Under the pieces are notes generated by a model. That model had not been told where the DNA came from. It made no database searches and saw only the letters and a program-made list of their open reading frames with translations. A stretch of 64,000 bases of DNA from an uncultured Candidatus Saccharibacteria bacterium (GTDB lineage: Bacteria; Patescibacteriota; Saccharimonadia; JAGOAT01; CAYZIP01). The stretch lies in assembly GCA_964478695.1 (NCBI GenBank), contig CAYZIP010000003.1, positions 4,143-68,142 of the forward strand, given 5' to 3'. Of this stretch, positions 39,027-48,051 are shown piece by piece. How positions within the stretch are numbered: the first letter of the stretch is position 1; the number at the start of each line of letters is the position of its first letter. A program made the translations under genes and the position numbers.

Positions 39027-41252
39027 ATGACAACACTAAAGAAAATCACTAAATTAAAAAATTTAGGCGTATACGCTGATTTTAGTTGGGGCTCTGATTT
39101 ACCTGAACTCAAGCAATACAATGTGGTGTACGGCTGGAACGGCACTGGTAAAACTACACTCTCAAAAATGCTGGGGGCTTTAAATACAGGTAGCCACACA
39201 GACTTCGCATCTCTCGAATACTCGGTGTTAGATAGTGATGGCAATACGTACACTCAAGGTTCTGAATTTACGACCCCTGTTAGAGTATTTAACTGTGAGT
39301 TCATAACTAAGAATGTAGACTTCGATGCACTAAGCTCAAAAACTATAACCGTAGTCTTAGGCGAAGAGAATAAAGAGGCACTTGAGGCTATTGAAGTTGA
39401 TGAAAAGAAATTAGCTGAGGTTATTTCGAACATCACGAAGAAAACAACCGCCAAGAGAACAAAAGAGAATACGCATAGCACGGCGTTTACCGATATAGCT
39501 CGAACTATAAGCCAAGGAACTCAAGGAGCGATAGTAAGAAACTACAATAAGACGAATGCTGAGGTTGCTTTTCGTACAATGAGTGGTAAAGAGTTACTCG
39601 ATGAGACTGAGTTGGCTAAAGTTTCTAAATCTGTGGCACAAGACACGATGCCAAAAATAACTGAGTTGTCCTTGGTAGGTGTAGATGAGATGCTAGCAGA
39701 TGCAATTACCGAAGCTAAGACACTTTTAGGTAAAACTGTCGAGGCAACGATTATAGCTAGGCTTAAAGATAACCAAGATATTTCAGAATGGGTTGAAGCT
39801 GGACTAGCATTACACGATAAGCACGCCAGTAAAAGCTGTGAATTTTGCGGACAAGCCTTAGGTACTGCTCGAATTACCGACCTAACCGCTCACTTCAATG
39901 AAGCCGATGCAAAACTAAAAGCTGATGTTGATACAGTCGTCGATACTTTGAGGCAAGTATATTCGAGCGTTGATAATCTGCAAGTATTAGACAAGGCGAA
40001 TGTTTATAAAGAATATCAAGATGTTTATACGACTAGCGGTGAGGATTTTTCTGAAAAGAAAAAGTTAGTACTTGATGCGATTAGAAAGTTTGAAGAGTTG
40101 GTTAATTCTAAAAAAGCTCACACGACCGAAGCCCTCCCTGTTGGTGAGGTACCTAGCCTTGAAGAGCTGAGTAAGTCTATAGCAACGCTCAATGGCATCA
40201 TTTCAGAGCACAACAATAAAACGGACGAGTTCGATGACCGTCGAAAAGCGGATAGCCAAAAGATTGAACGACACTATCTCAGTACCATATACGATTCAGT
40301 GCAGACACTCGAAGACAATATAAAAGTACTGAATGATGATTTAGAGCAGTTAAACGAAGACGAGAGCAACGGTAAGAAAGCACTTGAAACTAGAATTGCT
40401 GGTAATAGAGCAAAGATATCCTCTTCACATAAAGCCTGTGAAATGCTTTGTACTGATATTAAAAAGTTTTTAGGACACGGTGAAATTACCTTCAAAGTTA
40501 ATGCTGATGATACGGGTTACGACATTTTGCGAAATGGCAAACCAGCGAAAAGCCTTAGTGAAGGCGAGCGAACAGCTGTGGCATTCGTCTTCTTTATAAC
40601 GCACTTAAAGGAAGAAGGCTTCGACTCAAAATCTGGCATTATCGTCGTTGACGACCCCGTGTCCAGCCTTGACGCTAACTCGCAATTTCAAGCTTTTTCT
40701 TTTCTGAAGGAAGCCACCAAAGACGCTGGTCAATTGTTTCTTTTTACACATAATTTTGAATTTTTAAAACTCGTTTTATATTGGGTTGGTCGCAATAAAA
40801 CTAAACGTTCGTTGTTTATGGTCAATAATACTTTTTCAGTAGCTGATGGCTCCCGAACAGGTGCATCACTTATAAGACTTGACCCTTCTCTTGAGAAGTT
40901 TGAAAGTGAATATCATTATCTTTTTAATCTTGTCTATGGCTATGGTAACGGCGATGGCACTATAGCAAGTGCCTACACGATGCCAAATGTAGCCCGAAAA
41001 CTATTGGATAGTTTTCTAATGTTTAGGGTTCCGAAAAATGTCGAAACTTACGCACGCCTACAAGAACTTGATTTTGACGAAGAGAAGAAAACGGCAATAT
41101 ACAAGTTTACTAACGACCAATCTCATATAACTGGTGCTGGGTTTGACCCCTCGCTTGTCCCAGAAGCTCAAAAGTGCCTTAAATATCTTCTTGAGTTAAT
41201 GGAAGCGACCTTCCCCGAACACTATAAGTACCTAGTTGAAGCGGTATCATAA
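39027..41252 (+). CDS. RloC/PrrC-like Rad50-type ABC ATPase with a coiled coil and a CxxC zinc hook, plus a C-terminal domain of about 190 aa. It is a putative anticodon-nuclease or abortive-infection protein.
   Basis: Walker A GWNGTGKTT. A long K/E-rich coiled coil containing SCEFCGQ. ABC signature LSEGER. Walker B/D-loop IIVVDDPVSSLD. H-loop FLFTHN. Confidence 0.5.
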   Translation: MTTLKKITKLKNLGVYADFSWGSDLPELKQYNVVYGWNGTGKTTLSKMLGALNTGSHTDFASLEYSVLDSDGNTYTQGSEFTTPVRVFNCEFITKNVDFDALSSKTITVVLGEENKEALEAIEVDEKKLAEVISNITKKTTAKRTKENTHSTAFTDIARTISQGTQGAIVRNYNKTNAEVAFRTMSGKELLDETELAKVSKSVAQDTMPKITELSLVGVDEMLADAITEAKTLLGKTVEATIIARLKDNQDISEWVEAGLALHDKHASKSCEFCGQALGTARITDLTAHFNEADAKLKADVDTVVDTLRQVYSSVDNLQVLDKANVYKEYQDVYTTSGEDFSEKKKLVLDAIRKFEELVNSKKAHTTEALPVGEVPSLEELSKSIATLNGIISEHNNKTDEFDDRRKADSQKIERHYLSTIYDSVQTLEDNIKVLNDDLEQLNEDESNGKKALETRIAGNRAKISSSHKACEMLCTDIKKFLGHGEITFKVNADDTGYDILRNGKPAKSLSEGERTAVAFVFFITHLKEEGFDSKSGIIVVDDPVSSLDANSQFQAFSFLKEATKDAGQLFLFTHNFEFLKLVLYWVGRNKTKRSLFMVNNTFSVADGSRTGASLIRLDPSLEKFESEYHYLFNLVYGYGNGDGTIASAYTMPNVARKLLDSFLMFRVPKNVETYARLQELDFDEEKKTAIYKFTNDQSHITGAGFDPSLVPEAQKCLKYLLELMEATFPEHYKYLVEAVS

Positions 41253-41740
41253 TGACAGACAACCGAAAACACTGGCTCAACGAGGATGGCTTGGAAATGA
41301 TAGAGCCAGACCCGAGGTGGGACAACCCAGACTATGAGCCTGTCGAACAACCACGCCCCGATGACATTGTTTATAGACTAAACTACGATAGCGACCTACG
41401 TTATCTCAAGCTTAATACTTTTGTCGTCCAGACGTTCCAATTTGAGAGCCACGCTGACAGAGTATTCGGCGAGCTGTTCAAGCAAGAGGGAGACGTAAAA
41501 GCAATCACTGTTCACAGCCCCGCCAAAGCCGATGTAATCGTCAATAATATCGCTATGCCAATAAAACTACGTAACGCTATGTTCACGACTGGTAGTAAGG
41601 GCACTCGGTTGCAAGTGCACACCGTTATCACTAGAGAGCGAGCCAAAAAGTTTGGTGTTAGCGATAAAGAGGTACGAACATATATCGACAAATGCCGAGA
41701 TACACACTACAAGCTACGAGATACCAATAAACGTAAATAA
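41252..41740 (+). CDS. Hypothetical protein, translationally coupled (ATGA) to the RloC-like ATPase.
   Basis: A 162-aa ORF with no motif I recognise. Confidence 0.35.
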   Translation: MTDNRKHWLNEDGLEMIEPDPRWDNPDYEPVEQPRPDDIVYRLNYDSDLRYLKLNTFVVQTFQFESHADRVFGELFKQEGDVKAITVHSPAKADVIVNNIAMPIKLRNAMFTTGSKGTRLQVHTVITRERAKKFGVSDKEVRTYIDKCRDTHYKLRDTNKRK

Positions 41741-41965
41741 ACCACCCCGTTTCTGCGACAGCCTCGCAGTGTTTTGACACGATGGGCGTATGGAAACGCT
41801 AACCGCAGAAAAACTGGAAAGCCCTGCCGACGTACTGGTAGAGTTTTTGGACGAGTTAGCAAAGATTGAAGCAACACCTGAAAAGATTGAGCGAAATAGT
41901 ACGACGATGACCGCTCCTGACGGAACTGTTATTACATACTAAGCATCGACTGCGGTAAAATAAGG

Positions 41966-43780
41966 TTGATGGAGAATGAAAACCAAGAGCTGGATGTAAC
42001 AAAATTACGCTACGTCCTATACGCCAGAAAATCTACCGAAGACGAAGGTAGTCAAGTTAACTCTATCGACGACCAGATACGTATTTGCCTAGAGTATGCC
42101 AACAATCACGGACTACACATCGTAAAGGTTATCAAAGAAGAAAAATCTGCCAAGAAGTACGGCAATCGCCCCCAGTTCACGGAGATGCTTAAGGGTTTCC
42201 CGATACAATACGACGGTTTGCTAGCATATCACCCTGACCGAGTAGCTCGTAATATGCGTGATGCTGGCATAATTATCGACCTACTAAACCCCGAGAAAGC
42301 TCAGATTAAAAGTATGGCGTTTCCGACTGTGCAGTATGCAAATGACAGTAGCGGAAGGCTTACTCTAGCCGTGCTCTTTTCACTTGCAACGCAATTTTCT
42401 GAACATCTAAGCGAGGTTGTGAGGCGTGGCGTAAAAACTAAGCTCAATAAGGGTATATCGTCGGGTGCTCCAAAATGGGGTTACGAACGTAATGAGATTA
42501 GCGACTTTTATGAGCCTGACGCTAACTTCCAATACGTACAGCGAGCGTGGATGATGCGAGCCGAGGGTGAACGTATTGCTGATATTGTAAAGTACCTCAA
42601 TAGCCACGACGTGAAGCGTATCACCAAGATTACGAGAACCAATAAGAAGCAACGCACTATCAGACCAAGCCAAACGAGTATCACTAAAATGTTTGGCGAT
42701 AGTTTCTTCTACGGATTGCTTATACAAAAGGGTCAGGAGGTAGATTTACGCAAAGTTACTACCAGTTTCACGCCAATGATTGACGAGGAAACTTACGACC
42801 GAGTACAAGCAGTTTCCTACAGACGCTCTAGGCTCAAGCCGAAGTCTATAAAAGAGGGCATCTTCTATCCTTTTAGAAGTATGGTGTTTTGCGGTGTTTG
42901 CCACAGTGATACGCCAATGCGAGTGGGTAAAAACAAGAGCGGTGGTAGTGGTCACGTGCTGTCGTACCGTTGCGATAATCCAAACTGTAAGAGAACTGTT
43001 AAGAGTGTTCGAGCTAAGTACATACTTGACGGGCTCTATGATGCCCTGAAGACCCTCCAGCTCACCGACAAGGAGTACGAAACCTATAGCAAGAGACTAG
43101 ACGAGCTTACAGACGATAAAATTGACGAGCTACAGTCCGAACGACGAAGCCTCAATGGTGTTAAAAATGTAAAAACCAAAGAACGAGATGACCTCTCTCG
43201 TAAGTTCCGTGATATGACCGATAAGCACCCTTCGTATGCCGTCACCGAAACTGACATCACAGTACTTCACAATGAAATTATCGACATCGAGACGAGAGTA
43301 GCCGAAATTACCTCAAAACTAAGGAACACAGATACTATCAAGCTCACGAAGGAAGAGTTTTTGAACTTGGCAAAAACAGCGTACGACAAGATGAGAGCTG
43401 GAACTCCACTTGAAAAGGACATACTTGCACGAAAAATGCTTTTGAACCTATCCCTAAATGACGAAAGAGCTCCTTCCTTTATCTGGAAAGAGCCCTTTGC
43501 CACGGTGTTTGCTAACACCCAATCTTCTTTTGGTGCAATTTTACACTTTTGCGCGAACCGAATTCCAGCGCAGCTGCGAGTGAGTGAGCCGCGCCGCCTG
43601 TGCGGGCAAGCCCGCACGCGCCCCACCAGCCGCCCCCTTACCTTATTTTTTGAGATTTCCCCCGCCGAATTTCTTTTTTTATCTGAAAAGGGGTTGGCTG
43701 GTGGTTCGCCTACTGCAAGCAGTAGAGGCGGCACGGCTTTAGTCGGCATAGCCGACGCGCTACGCGCATCACTCCTGTAA
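41966..43780 (+). CDS. Large serine recombinase 1. The true C-terminus is probably near 43530 and the ORF reads on into the repeat.
   Basis: YVLYARKSTEDEGSQ contains the catalytic Ser. LAYHPDRVARN. A recombinase domain, a CxxC...C zinc ribbon and a coiled coil. The last 80 aa translate repeat DNA. Confidence 0.8.
   Translation: MMENENQELDVTKLRYVLYARKSTEDEGSQVNSIDDQIRICLEYANNHGLHIVKVIKEEKSAKKYGNRPQFTEMLKGFPIQYDGLLAYHPDRVARNMRDAGIIIDLLNPEKAQIKSMAFPTVQYANDSSGRLTLAVLFSLATQFSEHLSEVVRRGVKTKLNKGISSGAPKWGYERNEISDFYEPDANFQYVQRAWMMRAEGERIADIVKYLNSHDVKRITKITRTNKKQRTIRPSQTSITKMFGDSFFYGLLIQKGQEVDLRKVTTSFTPMIDEETYDRVQAVSYRRSRLKPKSIKEGIFYPFRSMVFCGVCHSDTPMRVGKNKSGGSGHVLSYRCDNPNCKRTVKSVRAKYILDGLYDALKTLQLTDKEYETYSKRLDELTDDKIDELQSERRSLNGVKNVKTKERDDLSRKFRDMTDKHPSYAVTETDITVLHNEIIDIETRVAEITSKLRNTDTIKLTKEEFLNLAKTAYDKMRAGTPLEKDILARKMLLNLSLNDERAPSFIWKEPFATVFANTQSSFGAILHFCANRIPAQLRVSEPRRLCGQARTRPTSRPLTLFFEISPAEFLFLSEKGLAGGSPTASSRGGTALVGIADALRASLL
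43745..43767. repeat. GC-rich palindromic motif GGCATAGCCGACGCGCTACGCGC, containing GTCGGC-ATA-GCCGAC. This is copy 1 of 3; the others are at 45579..45600 and 46228..46249, the last being a half site.
   Basis: Seen three times at module boundaries next to the recombinase genes. Confidence 0.6.
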
Positions 43781-43916
43781 ACATAGTTATTTTTCGCCAA
43801 ACCATTGACTTTCTACGCAAAGTGTGCTATTATGAAATAAATAAGCTTGCATTGCAAGCGCAATTCTCTTCGCAATAACATAATTAACTAAAACACAGAA
43901 AAGGAATAATCTATCT

Positions 43917-44654
43917 ATGGATATCCTCTATCTTGCGACATTTCTTGTCGCGCTTATATCAAGCATTTTAAGCGGCATCGCTGGCGGTGGTGGCGGATTC
44001 GTCATGTCGCCGTACTGGCTAATTTCGGGCATGACACCTGCGCAGGGTGCAGCAACTGGTGCATTTATGGCAACAGGCGTGTCTATTAGCTCGGTTGCAG
44101 CGTTTCGCAAGTCCGACCACTTCCCCAAAAACAGAAAGCTGCTGTATATTTTGTCGGTGACGACACTGATTGGCTCAATTCTCGGAGCTATCATTGTGCC
44201 GAAAATTGATATTCAAGCATTCAAATATATGCTGGCAATTATTACCATTGCGGCTCTGCCGCTTTTGTTTATCAAACCAAATATCAAACATCGCTTGAGT
44301 AAGCACGGCAACATTGGCTTGCTGTTCGCGATAGCACTCCTTATCGTCGGCTCAATCATCACCAGTAGTGCGTTTTCAATCTTATTCGCACTCACACTCA
44401 TGGCATTTTTCAGTATGTCAGTACTACAGATGACTGCTCTGCGCCGATTGGTTGGCGTGGTGCAGTCGGTAGTTTTGTTTGTTGCATTTGCGGTGCAAGG
44501 CTATCTTGTCTGGCAACATGCTCTCGCTGGGTTTATTGGCGGTAGTATCGGGAGTTATATCGGCACGAAGTATGCTATTAAGAAAGGTGAAACTTTCGCC
44601 AAGTATGCACTGGCGATTATGTCACTTATCGGTGCGGTTGCGCTGTTAGTGTGA
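43917..44654 (+). CDS. TauE/SafE (TSUP) family anion exporter-like membrane protein.
   Basis: ILSGIAGGGGGFVMSPYWL and repeated 4-TM halves. The gene is GC-rich. Confidence 0.7.
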   Translation: MDILYLATFLVALISSILSGIAGGGGGFVMSPYWLISGMTPAQGAATGAFMATGVSISSVAAFRKSDHFPKNRKLLYILSVTTLIGSILGAIIVPKIDIQAFKYMLAIITIAALPLLFIKPNIKHRLSKHGNIGLLFAIALLIVGSIITSSAFSILFALTLMAFFSMSVLQMTALRRLVGVVQSVVLFVAFAVQGYLVWQHALAGFIGGSIGSYIGTKYAIKKGETFAKYALAIMSLIGAVALLV

Positions 44655-44666
44655 GATAATAAGATT

Positions 44667-45245
44667 ATGAAAAATATACAATCTTCCGAACTAAACGAAA
44701 GTTACGCACCTATGCAGGAAGTTGAGCCAACGCCAATTCACACCATAGAACCTATGCAACTCGATGATACAGACGGGGTTCATACTCTCTTGCGAGCAGG
44801 ACACCTGGCAACATATGTCAATGAAGAGCTGGGTGTTACTGCTGAAAAGGTAGACCAGCGTTTCTCTGGCTCAACACCCGAAGAGCGTCGAGAGAGAAAT
44901 AAAAAACGTATTGCCGACCCTAATAATCAAGCTTGGGTTGCAAAAGATGACAAGCAGCAAGTTATCGGATTTGTTGCTCCTCGCATCGAGGAGGACGGCA
45001 CACATCGTCTAGGCGCATTATATGTAACCAAAGAATGGCAAGGTAAAGGCATAGCCCATGAACTCATGGCTAAGGCGATTGATTGGCTTGATGGCGAACA
45101 CTATGATATTAAGCTCGGTGTCGTTACGTACAATGAACGCGCAAAAGCGTTTTACCGTAAGTATGGTTTCGAGGAAGTCCCAGATTCTGAAACACTTTTT
45201 GACGATCTCATACCAGAAGTATTTATGGTGCGAAAAGCGCAGTAG
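44667..45245 (+). CDS. GNAT-family N-acetyltransferase.
   Basis: QGKGIAHELMAKAIDW...AFYRKYGFEEV is an acetyl-CoA binding motif. Confidence 0.7.
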   Translation: MKNIQSSELNESYAPMQEVEPTPIHTIEPMQLDDTDGVHTLLRAGHLATYVNEELGVTAEKVDQRFSGSTPEERRERNKKRIADPNNQAWVAKDDKQQVIGFVAPRIEEDGTHRLGALYVTKEWQGKGIAHELMAKAIDWLDGEHYDIKLGVVTYNERAKAFYRKYGFEEVPDSETLFDDLIPEVFMVRKAQ

Positions 45246-45434
45246 GTCGCTAAAGCGACAGCGCACCCACCAGCCAACCCCTTTTCAGATAAAAAAAGAA
45301 ATTCGGCGGGGGAAATCTCAAAAAATAAGGTAAGGGGGCGGCTGGTGGGGCGCGTGCGGGCTTGCCCGCACAGGCGGCGCGGCTCACTCACTCGCAGCTG
45401 CGCTGGAATTCGGTTCGCGCAAAAGTGTAAAATT

Positions 45435-45539
45435 GCACCAAAATGGCAGAATTACGGAAATTGCCGCCCATTCGGGCGGTTTTTTCTCTGGCGGCGCGCA
45501 GCGCCAACCAGCTGTTTTTCTGGGGGGAATGAGATTTGG
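45435..45539. repeat. IR-B. It is an inverted copy of the 105 nt downstream of tRNA-Leu(CAG), including the last 6 nt of the tRNA and its terminator. Its partner is at 47867..47971, with 2 mismatches.
   Basis: I compared the reverse complement by eye. Confidence 0.8.
45463..45487 (+). terminator. Rho-independent terminator GCCGCCC-ATTC-GGGCGGT followed by TTTTTT. It lies inside IR-B, and a second copy at about 47920-47945 on the minus strand terminates tRNA-Leu.
   Basis: A GC stem followed by a T tract. Confidence 0.6.
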
Positions 45540-45628
45540 AGCACCAGCAAGCTGGTGCACTTTTTTGTTTTTTCTGTCGGCATAGCCGACACGCTCCGCG
45601 TACTGCATATTAGAAAAAGTCTATTTCA

Positions 45629-46213
45629 TCAGAGTAAGTAAAACGTCAGATGAATAACATTTGCAATGTAGATATTTCCTGTATACCGTCGTAAGAACGC
45701 AAAACCAAAACCAGCAATCGCAATCAGTATGAACTGGGGGTCTGTGATGTCATTTAGGAAAAATACAGCGTGTCCGAGTAGAAATACTATGGCCGTGACG
45801 ATTGCCGCTTTTGTAGCGGTTATTGTTTTGGCAAGGCGCGTTTGAAGCAAGCCAAATGTTACATAATCTTGCCAAAATACAGTAATGACAATCATAGGAA
45901 TATATACCCATATATCAAGCGCGAGCGCGTAGTGCCACGGCAAAAATACGAGCAATGTAGCTGGCACAGCATAGAGCCATAATAGTCTTGATTTTGGCAA
46001 TGACTCGCGCCGATATTTCGGTAATAAGCGAAGCGCAACAGCTGTAACTACCAGAACCCATACAGTCGCAATTGCATAGCTTATGTTCACGTCTATAGGC
46101 AGTTGCAGCAGGCGTTCATTCATGAAAATGCCTTGCGTTACTGTCCATATTAAAAACCACAAAATTATAGATATAAAGATAGTTTTATAGAGCGTAAAAA
46201 GCTGATGTGTCAT
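45629..46213 (-). CDS. Polytopic membrane protein, possibly CPBP/Abi-like (FLLGHAVFF). ATG 46213 is the likelier start; the ORF extends to 46273 through the repeat motif.
   Basis: About 6 TM helices. FxxxH and a later H are present. Confidence 0.35.
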   Translation of the reverse strand: MTHQLFTLYKTIFISIILWFLIWTVTQGIFMNERLLQLPIDVNISYAIATVWVLVVTAVALRLLPKYRRESLPKSRLLWLYAVPATLLVFLPWHYALALDIWVYIPMIVITVFWQDYVTFGLLQTRLAKTITATKAAIVTAIVFLLGHAVFFLNDITDPQFILIAIAGFGFAFLRRYTGNIYIANVIHLTFYLL

Positions 46214-46377
46214 TGTTTTTATTATAACATAGCCGACACGCTCCACGCCGTGGTAAAATAGAAGTGGACACAATCTATTAGTAAAACGGCGATATTTTTG
46301 GCTTTAATAGCCGTCCCGTACAATGCAGTTTTACTGGATTGTGTCCAGCGGGGCGGCTATTTAAGTGGAGGGCAACT

Positions 46378-48012
46378 ATGATGGAACTACTGGTAAACAT
46401 AGAGCCGGTGTATCTCATCTATGTACGAAAAAGCACCGATGTCGAGGACAAGCAAATATTATCTGTCGCAGCGCAGATAATAGAGCTAAAAGAGTTTGCC
46501 AAGCGCATGGGCTTGCGTGTTGCGGGTGTCATCATAGAAAAACAAACCGCGAAAAAGCCAGGACGCCCGAAGTTTAACAAAATGCTGGAGCGTATAGAAA
46601 ACGGCGAGGCAAACGGCATTTTGGCATGGCTGCCCGACAGATTGTCGCGCAACAGCATAGATAGCGGGCGCGTTATTTATATGCTTGATGAAAATGTTAT
46701 CGCCGACCTGAAGTTCCCGCATTTTTGGTTTGAGAATACACCGCAAGGCAAATATATGCTGGCTAATGAGTTTAACAGTTCTAAACAGTATGTAGATAAT
46801 TTGTCGGTAAACACCAAGCGAGGGCTGCGCCAAAAGGTGCGCGAGGGGCATTGCCCGCGCCTTGCGCCTGTCGGGTATATCAATGATGTGCGGACGAAAA
46901 CGATATGGGTAGACAAACGGCTTGCGCCGATTGTTCGCCAAGCGTTTGAGCTATACGCAACTGACACAAAGACGCTGGACGATATTGCCGCCTTTTTGTA
47001 CGCCAATGGTATAAAAACGCGCGGGCGGCGCAGGGTTAAGGACGAGCCAAAATCTGCGGGCGGGCGGCAATGGCATGCGTCGCGCGTGAAACGAATGTTG
47101 CAAGATGTGTTTTATTACGGGCATTTTCGCTATGTGGACACGGTGCATGAGGGCAAGCATACGCCCATCATTGACAAACCACTCTTTGACAAGGTGCAGC
47201 GAGCACTTGCAGGGCGTGGACGCGCGCAAAAGCGCGCTACTGCCCCGCAGCCGCTTAATTTGCTGGTGCGGTGTGGGAATTGTGATTGTTTTGTAACTGG
47301 TGCGCACAAGATAAAGCGGCAGAAAAACGGCAATGTGCATGAATATACCTATTATCGGTGTACTCACAAGAAAAAGGCGGCGATGTGCCGCGAAAAGGAG
47401 GTACGCGAATATGTACTGGCTGGACAACTCGTCCCGATTTTGCAATCTTTTGCCTTGCCAAAAGATTGGCGCGACTATATGGCGTCAAGGCTGGAGCAAG
47501 ACAGAGCCGAGCTAGAGAATGAAAGCAAGGCGATGATTGACACGCTGCGTGGTGAATTGGACGCCATAAGCGCGAAACTCAAACGACTTTTTGATATGTA
47601 TTTGGACAGTGATATTGACCGCGAGGACTACAAAGACCGCCAAGCCGAGCTGATGAGCGAGAAAAAGTCGCTTGAGGGCAAAATCGAGCGCGTTCTGGCG
47701 AACGCGGGGTACTGGATTGAACCTATGCAGCAATGGTTAGAAACTGCCGTTTCTATCTGTACGATAGACGAAAAATCGGAGCATAGCGAGATTGCGCGGG
47801 CTTTTCGCCAAATTGAAGGATTGAACCTAAAAATGAAAAACGAAAAAGTCGTCGCGGAGCGCGACGCCAAATCTCATTCCCCCCAGAATAACAGCTGGCT
47901 GGCGCTGCGCGCCGCCAGAGAAAAAACCGCCCGAATGGGCGGCAATTTCCGTAATTCTGCCATTTTGGTGCGGATGAAAGGACTTGAACCTTCACAGGGT
48001 TACCCCCACTAG
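46378..48012 (+). CDS. Large serine recombinase 2. The ORF opens at 46339. The C-terminal roughly 50 aa translate IR-B' and tRNA DNA.
   Basis: LIYVRKSTDVEDKQ, AWLPDRLSRN, a zinc ribbon and a coiled coil. GGAGGG lies upstream of ATG 46378. Confidence 0.8.
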   Translation: MMELLVNIEPVYLIYVRKSTDVEDKQILSVAAQIIELKEFAKRMGLRVAGVIIEKQTAKKPGRPKFNKMLERIENGEANGILAWLPDRLSRNSIDSGRVIYMLDENVIADLKFPHFWFENTPQGKYMLANEFNSSKQYVDNLSVNTKRGLRQKVREGHCPRLAPVGYINDVRTKTIWVDKRLAPIVRQAFELYATDTKTLDDIAAFLYANGIKTRGRRRVKDEPKSAGGRQWHASRVKRMLQDVFYYGHFRYVDTVHEGKHTPIIDKPLFDKVQRALAGRGRAQKRATAPQPLNLLVRCGNCDCFVTGAHKIKRQKNGNVHEYTYYRCTHKKKAAMCREKEVREYVLAGQLVPILQSFALPKDWRDYMASRLEQDRAELENESKAMIDTLRGELDAISAKLKRLFDMYLDSDIDREDYKDRQAELMSEKKSLEGKIERVLANAGYWIEPMQQWLETAVSICTIDEKSEHSEIARAFRQIEGLNLKMKNEKVVAERDAKSHSPQNNSWLALRAAREKTARMGGNFRNSAILVRMKGLEPSQGYPH

Positions 48013-48051
48013 CACCTGAAGCTAGCGTGTCTACCATTCCACCACATCCGC
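47966..48051 (-). tRNA. tRNA-Leu (anticodon CAG), with a long variable arm.
   Basis: GCGGATGTGGTGGAATGGTAGACACGCTAGCTTCAGGTGCTAGTGGGGGTAACCCTGTGAAGGTTCAAGTCCTTTCATCCGCACCA. Confidence 0.85.

Larger units (their letters stand above)
43528..45443. repeat. An inverted repeat pair of about 177 bp, IR-A (43528..43704) and IR-A' (45266..45443). It flanks the TauE/GNAT cargo. Each copy ends in a TTTTGGTGC att-like core.
   Basis: I checked the reverse complements by eye and they are essentially identical. Each copy contains the hairpin GTGCGGGCAAGCCCGCAC. Confidence 0.8.

Noticed and set aside
45152-45641. ORFs 45152..45391 (-), 45345..45641 (+) and 45384..45608 (-), encoding peptides such as MSEPRRLCGQARTRPTSRPL and APKWQNYGNCRPFGRFFLWRRAAP.
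   Set aside because: They lie wholly inside the IR-A' and IR-B repeat DNA. The same peptides reappear as the tails of the Rec1 and Rec2 ORFs and in 47753..48142. They are frame-independent repeat translations.
46365-47870. Many 60- to 160-aa ORFs on both strands within 46.3-47.9 kb.
   Set aside because: They are embedded in the serine recombinase 2 gene. GC-rich DNA produces long spurious ORFs.
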